Assembly: GCA_020891255.1 (NCBI GenBank)
Contig: BQFW01000002.1
Span: 620,001 to 684,000 of the forward strand
Source of the DNA: Entomortierella parvispora E1425
Taxonomy: Eukaryota > Fungi > Mortierellomycota
Reading direction: 5' to 3'
Length of the DNA stretch: 64,000 nucleotides
A program made the position numbers and the translations under genes. This document shows positions 61,817 through 64,000 of this stretch, one piece after another. Position 1 is the first letter of the stretch, and every line of letters begins with the position of its first letter. The notes beneath the pieces were generated by a model, which was not told where the DNA came from, did no database searches, and worked only from the letters and a program-made list of their open reading frames with translations.

Positions 61817-64000
61817 GGTGCGAGATGTGTGGTGATATGGGAGTAGCGAAGAAAGATAAGGCAGAGAGAGAAAGAGAGGGACAAAGAGAAGGTTGAGAGT
61901 GAGGATCAAATCTGAAGAATCGGGGCATTGGCACTCTTTTATAGTTGTGTGATTCAGTTCAGGGCAAGCCAGGTTGGGCAACCAAGTGTCGCCTCGAGGA
62001 TATTGAAGGAAACGCGCAACGGGGAATATGGAATAGAATTGGAATGAATGTGAAATGCGACCGATTTGTTGTTTGCACCTCCATGCACGACTGATTGAAT
62101 TGAAGTGGAGGCAAAGTGAACGACCAGCAGACACAAACAAAGGTGGGACACAGGCACACTTCGACCCCTGGAAACGGACAAACCAATTATTCAAAAGGCC
62201 CGATCTTGTCGACACTCGGTCCTCTTCTTCTTTGATGCAATTCTCGGTGCGTGGTTGTGTAAATACCATTCTGTGAATATATTACCAGAACTTCATCGTC
62301 ACTGTTACTGTCAGTGCGGCATTGCAATTGCACTGTTCGCTTTTCACTCTCACCATTTTCAGTAGCACCAATCACTAAGAGGAGACATGGCCAAAAAGGC
62401 AGCCAGAGGCTGATACTACTTGAAGGAATAATACAGCAGAGCTGGGATAGAGCCCTCCCTGTTGGCAGTGACATGGTTTGTGTTGTCTCTCTCTGTACCC
62501 ACCTCGACCATCTCCGCTAAACCGTAATCGATGATGAAAGATGACCCTAATATTCAATCTGGACAGACGAGTCGCGTTTGTACAACCATCGCGTGCACAA
62601 TCTCAAGAGCTTGATCATATCTTCAGGCCCTGATTGGATCCTTCTGGCACTCGGCCTCCTCCTTGTATACTTTCCTCCGTGTCAACAGGGTCTTCCCTCG
62701 GCATTTGTATGCATCTCCCCCCCTTACCCACGGAAAATCAATCGAGTTGATGAAAAGAGAATTCTCTCTTTTTTTTTCGTTTTTTTTGTGGACAGAGCCT
62801 ATGTCTTGCAGCGGTCTGCCGTACCGTACTGTACGCCCTTTCATCCGTGGGCGATAATGGATGAACCAAATGAGTTTCCGTGGGGCCAAACTAAAAGAGT
62901 GAGCAAACGAGACCCTTTTCGCCATCCCCAAAGCCCTGGCATCCACCTGACCTGAGGAACAAACATGTATCAGGCACTTGGCGCAGCCCACTTCAGACAA
63001 GCACAAACGAAAGCGGCCTTGGGAATCAGAACTCGGTCCTGGGATGGCCTGTGTGGGATGGATGAATGTTAGGTAGACACATCAAGTCAAGCCTATTTGT
63101 CGCTTCACATGAAAATAATGGGGTCTCTTCTGTTGTCTTCCGGTACTGCTGATGCAGGAGAAACTTATTCCGAAGCTGGAAGGACTCGTCTGACCCAGGC
63201 ACGAAAATGCATGCAGTGATCCTGGTTTGGTTAATGTTATCTAGGTCTAATCTCTTGATCGTACATCCATCGCCCCGTTTAGATGTACTGCCATTTTTGA
63301 TGCCCCCTAGATCTTATTAAGAGCGTGTCCCGTTTACAATACTGGCTATACTTTTCTCATCTTCTCATCCATGTGCAAAGGAAGGGGGTGTACATGCACA
63401 GTGCAATTAACAAAACAATGGTACAATCGACGGATAGGATCTCAGACAAGGTCAAGCGGTCCAAGACACATCGGTTCTCGGGTCATGTTTACTTTCGCAC
63501 TGTCGTGTTCGTCACAATCAAGTTCAACAATACAAACAAAAAGGCAAGGGTTCTTATCGACGCCACATCTTCCTTTCGTCTATGTTGATCAACAAAAGAA
63601 ACGGATTATCTGCTTCTCGCTGTTCCCGGGATTGAGCACTACTATGTCCGATTCCCGGGAATGGGTGAGAGGAGCAAGAAGTCTAGTCGAGAATGAATCC
63701 ATCCCACGTATTATCGCCATCATCATTATCATCATTGTTTCATGATAGAGGGGCTACCTGCATGTCAGAGTTCATAGTGTCCAGAAGGGTAGGCTCGTTC
63801 CATGGTCTCAAAAGCCCCTTGTTTGCTCATTCTCGTTCCCGTGAATTTACGGCTGGGGCAATTGAAAAAATAAACAAGAATGGAGTGATGTGAACTTAGC
63901 TTTGAAAGGAAGAGGGGAGCCCAATGCAAACACGAGCGCAGAGTTATCGCGCGAATCATCTGACAAAGCAGACGGCCATTGGGCATTCCAACAACTTTCT

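Noticed and set aside
61817-64000. Short ORFs in the last 2.2 kb
   Set aside because: No recognisable protein motifs or splice-consistent model. Probably chitinase upstream and intergenic DNA.

Overview
This is gene-dense, intron-rich eukaryotic DNA from an early-diverging fungus. Mortierellaceae-like origin is inferred from gene content, short GT-AG introns with poly-T tracts and roughly balanced GC. I reconstructed about 27 protein-coding loci by splicing by eye, and the supplied ORF track fragments or misses many of them. Housekeeping genes include an M13 neprilysin-like peptidase, a ZIP transporter, PPG1, prolyl oligopeptidase, YOP1, an F-box/WD40 protein, a DUF4211 protein, an A20/AN1 zinc finger, a DCAF4-like WD40, an ERp38/TigA-type PDI, calcipressin, ORM1, RPS22/uS8, omega-amidase, GlcN-6-P deaminase, a SET-MYND protein, eIF5 and a GH18 chitinase. 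Items not visible in the ORF track or otherwise unusual are: (1) an F-box protein fused to an XPA-like Zn/DNA-binding module and a 26-unit SQ-repeat tail; (2) a divergently transcribed secreted, Kex2-type precursor of a Cys/Asp (CCDD)n peptide; (3) a five-exon stefin/cystatin-like gene with a remodelled inhibitory loop; (4) an intronic H/ACA snoRNA in RPS22 matching both snR44 targets; (5) a tandem prolyl oligopeptidase pair whose second copy is a mosaic pseudogene; (6) a membrane-anchored PL38/alginate-lyase-like enzyme; (7) a TGCACAC cluster upstream of the ZIP gene; and (8) a poor-context uORF in the eIF5 leader. I saw no rRNA, tRNA, CRISPR array or recognisable transposon. All family assignments come from motif recognition without database searches.
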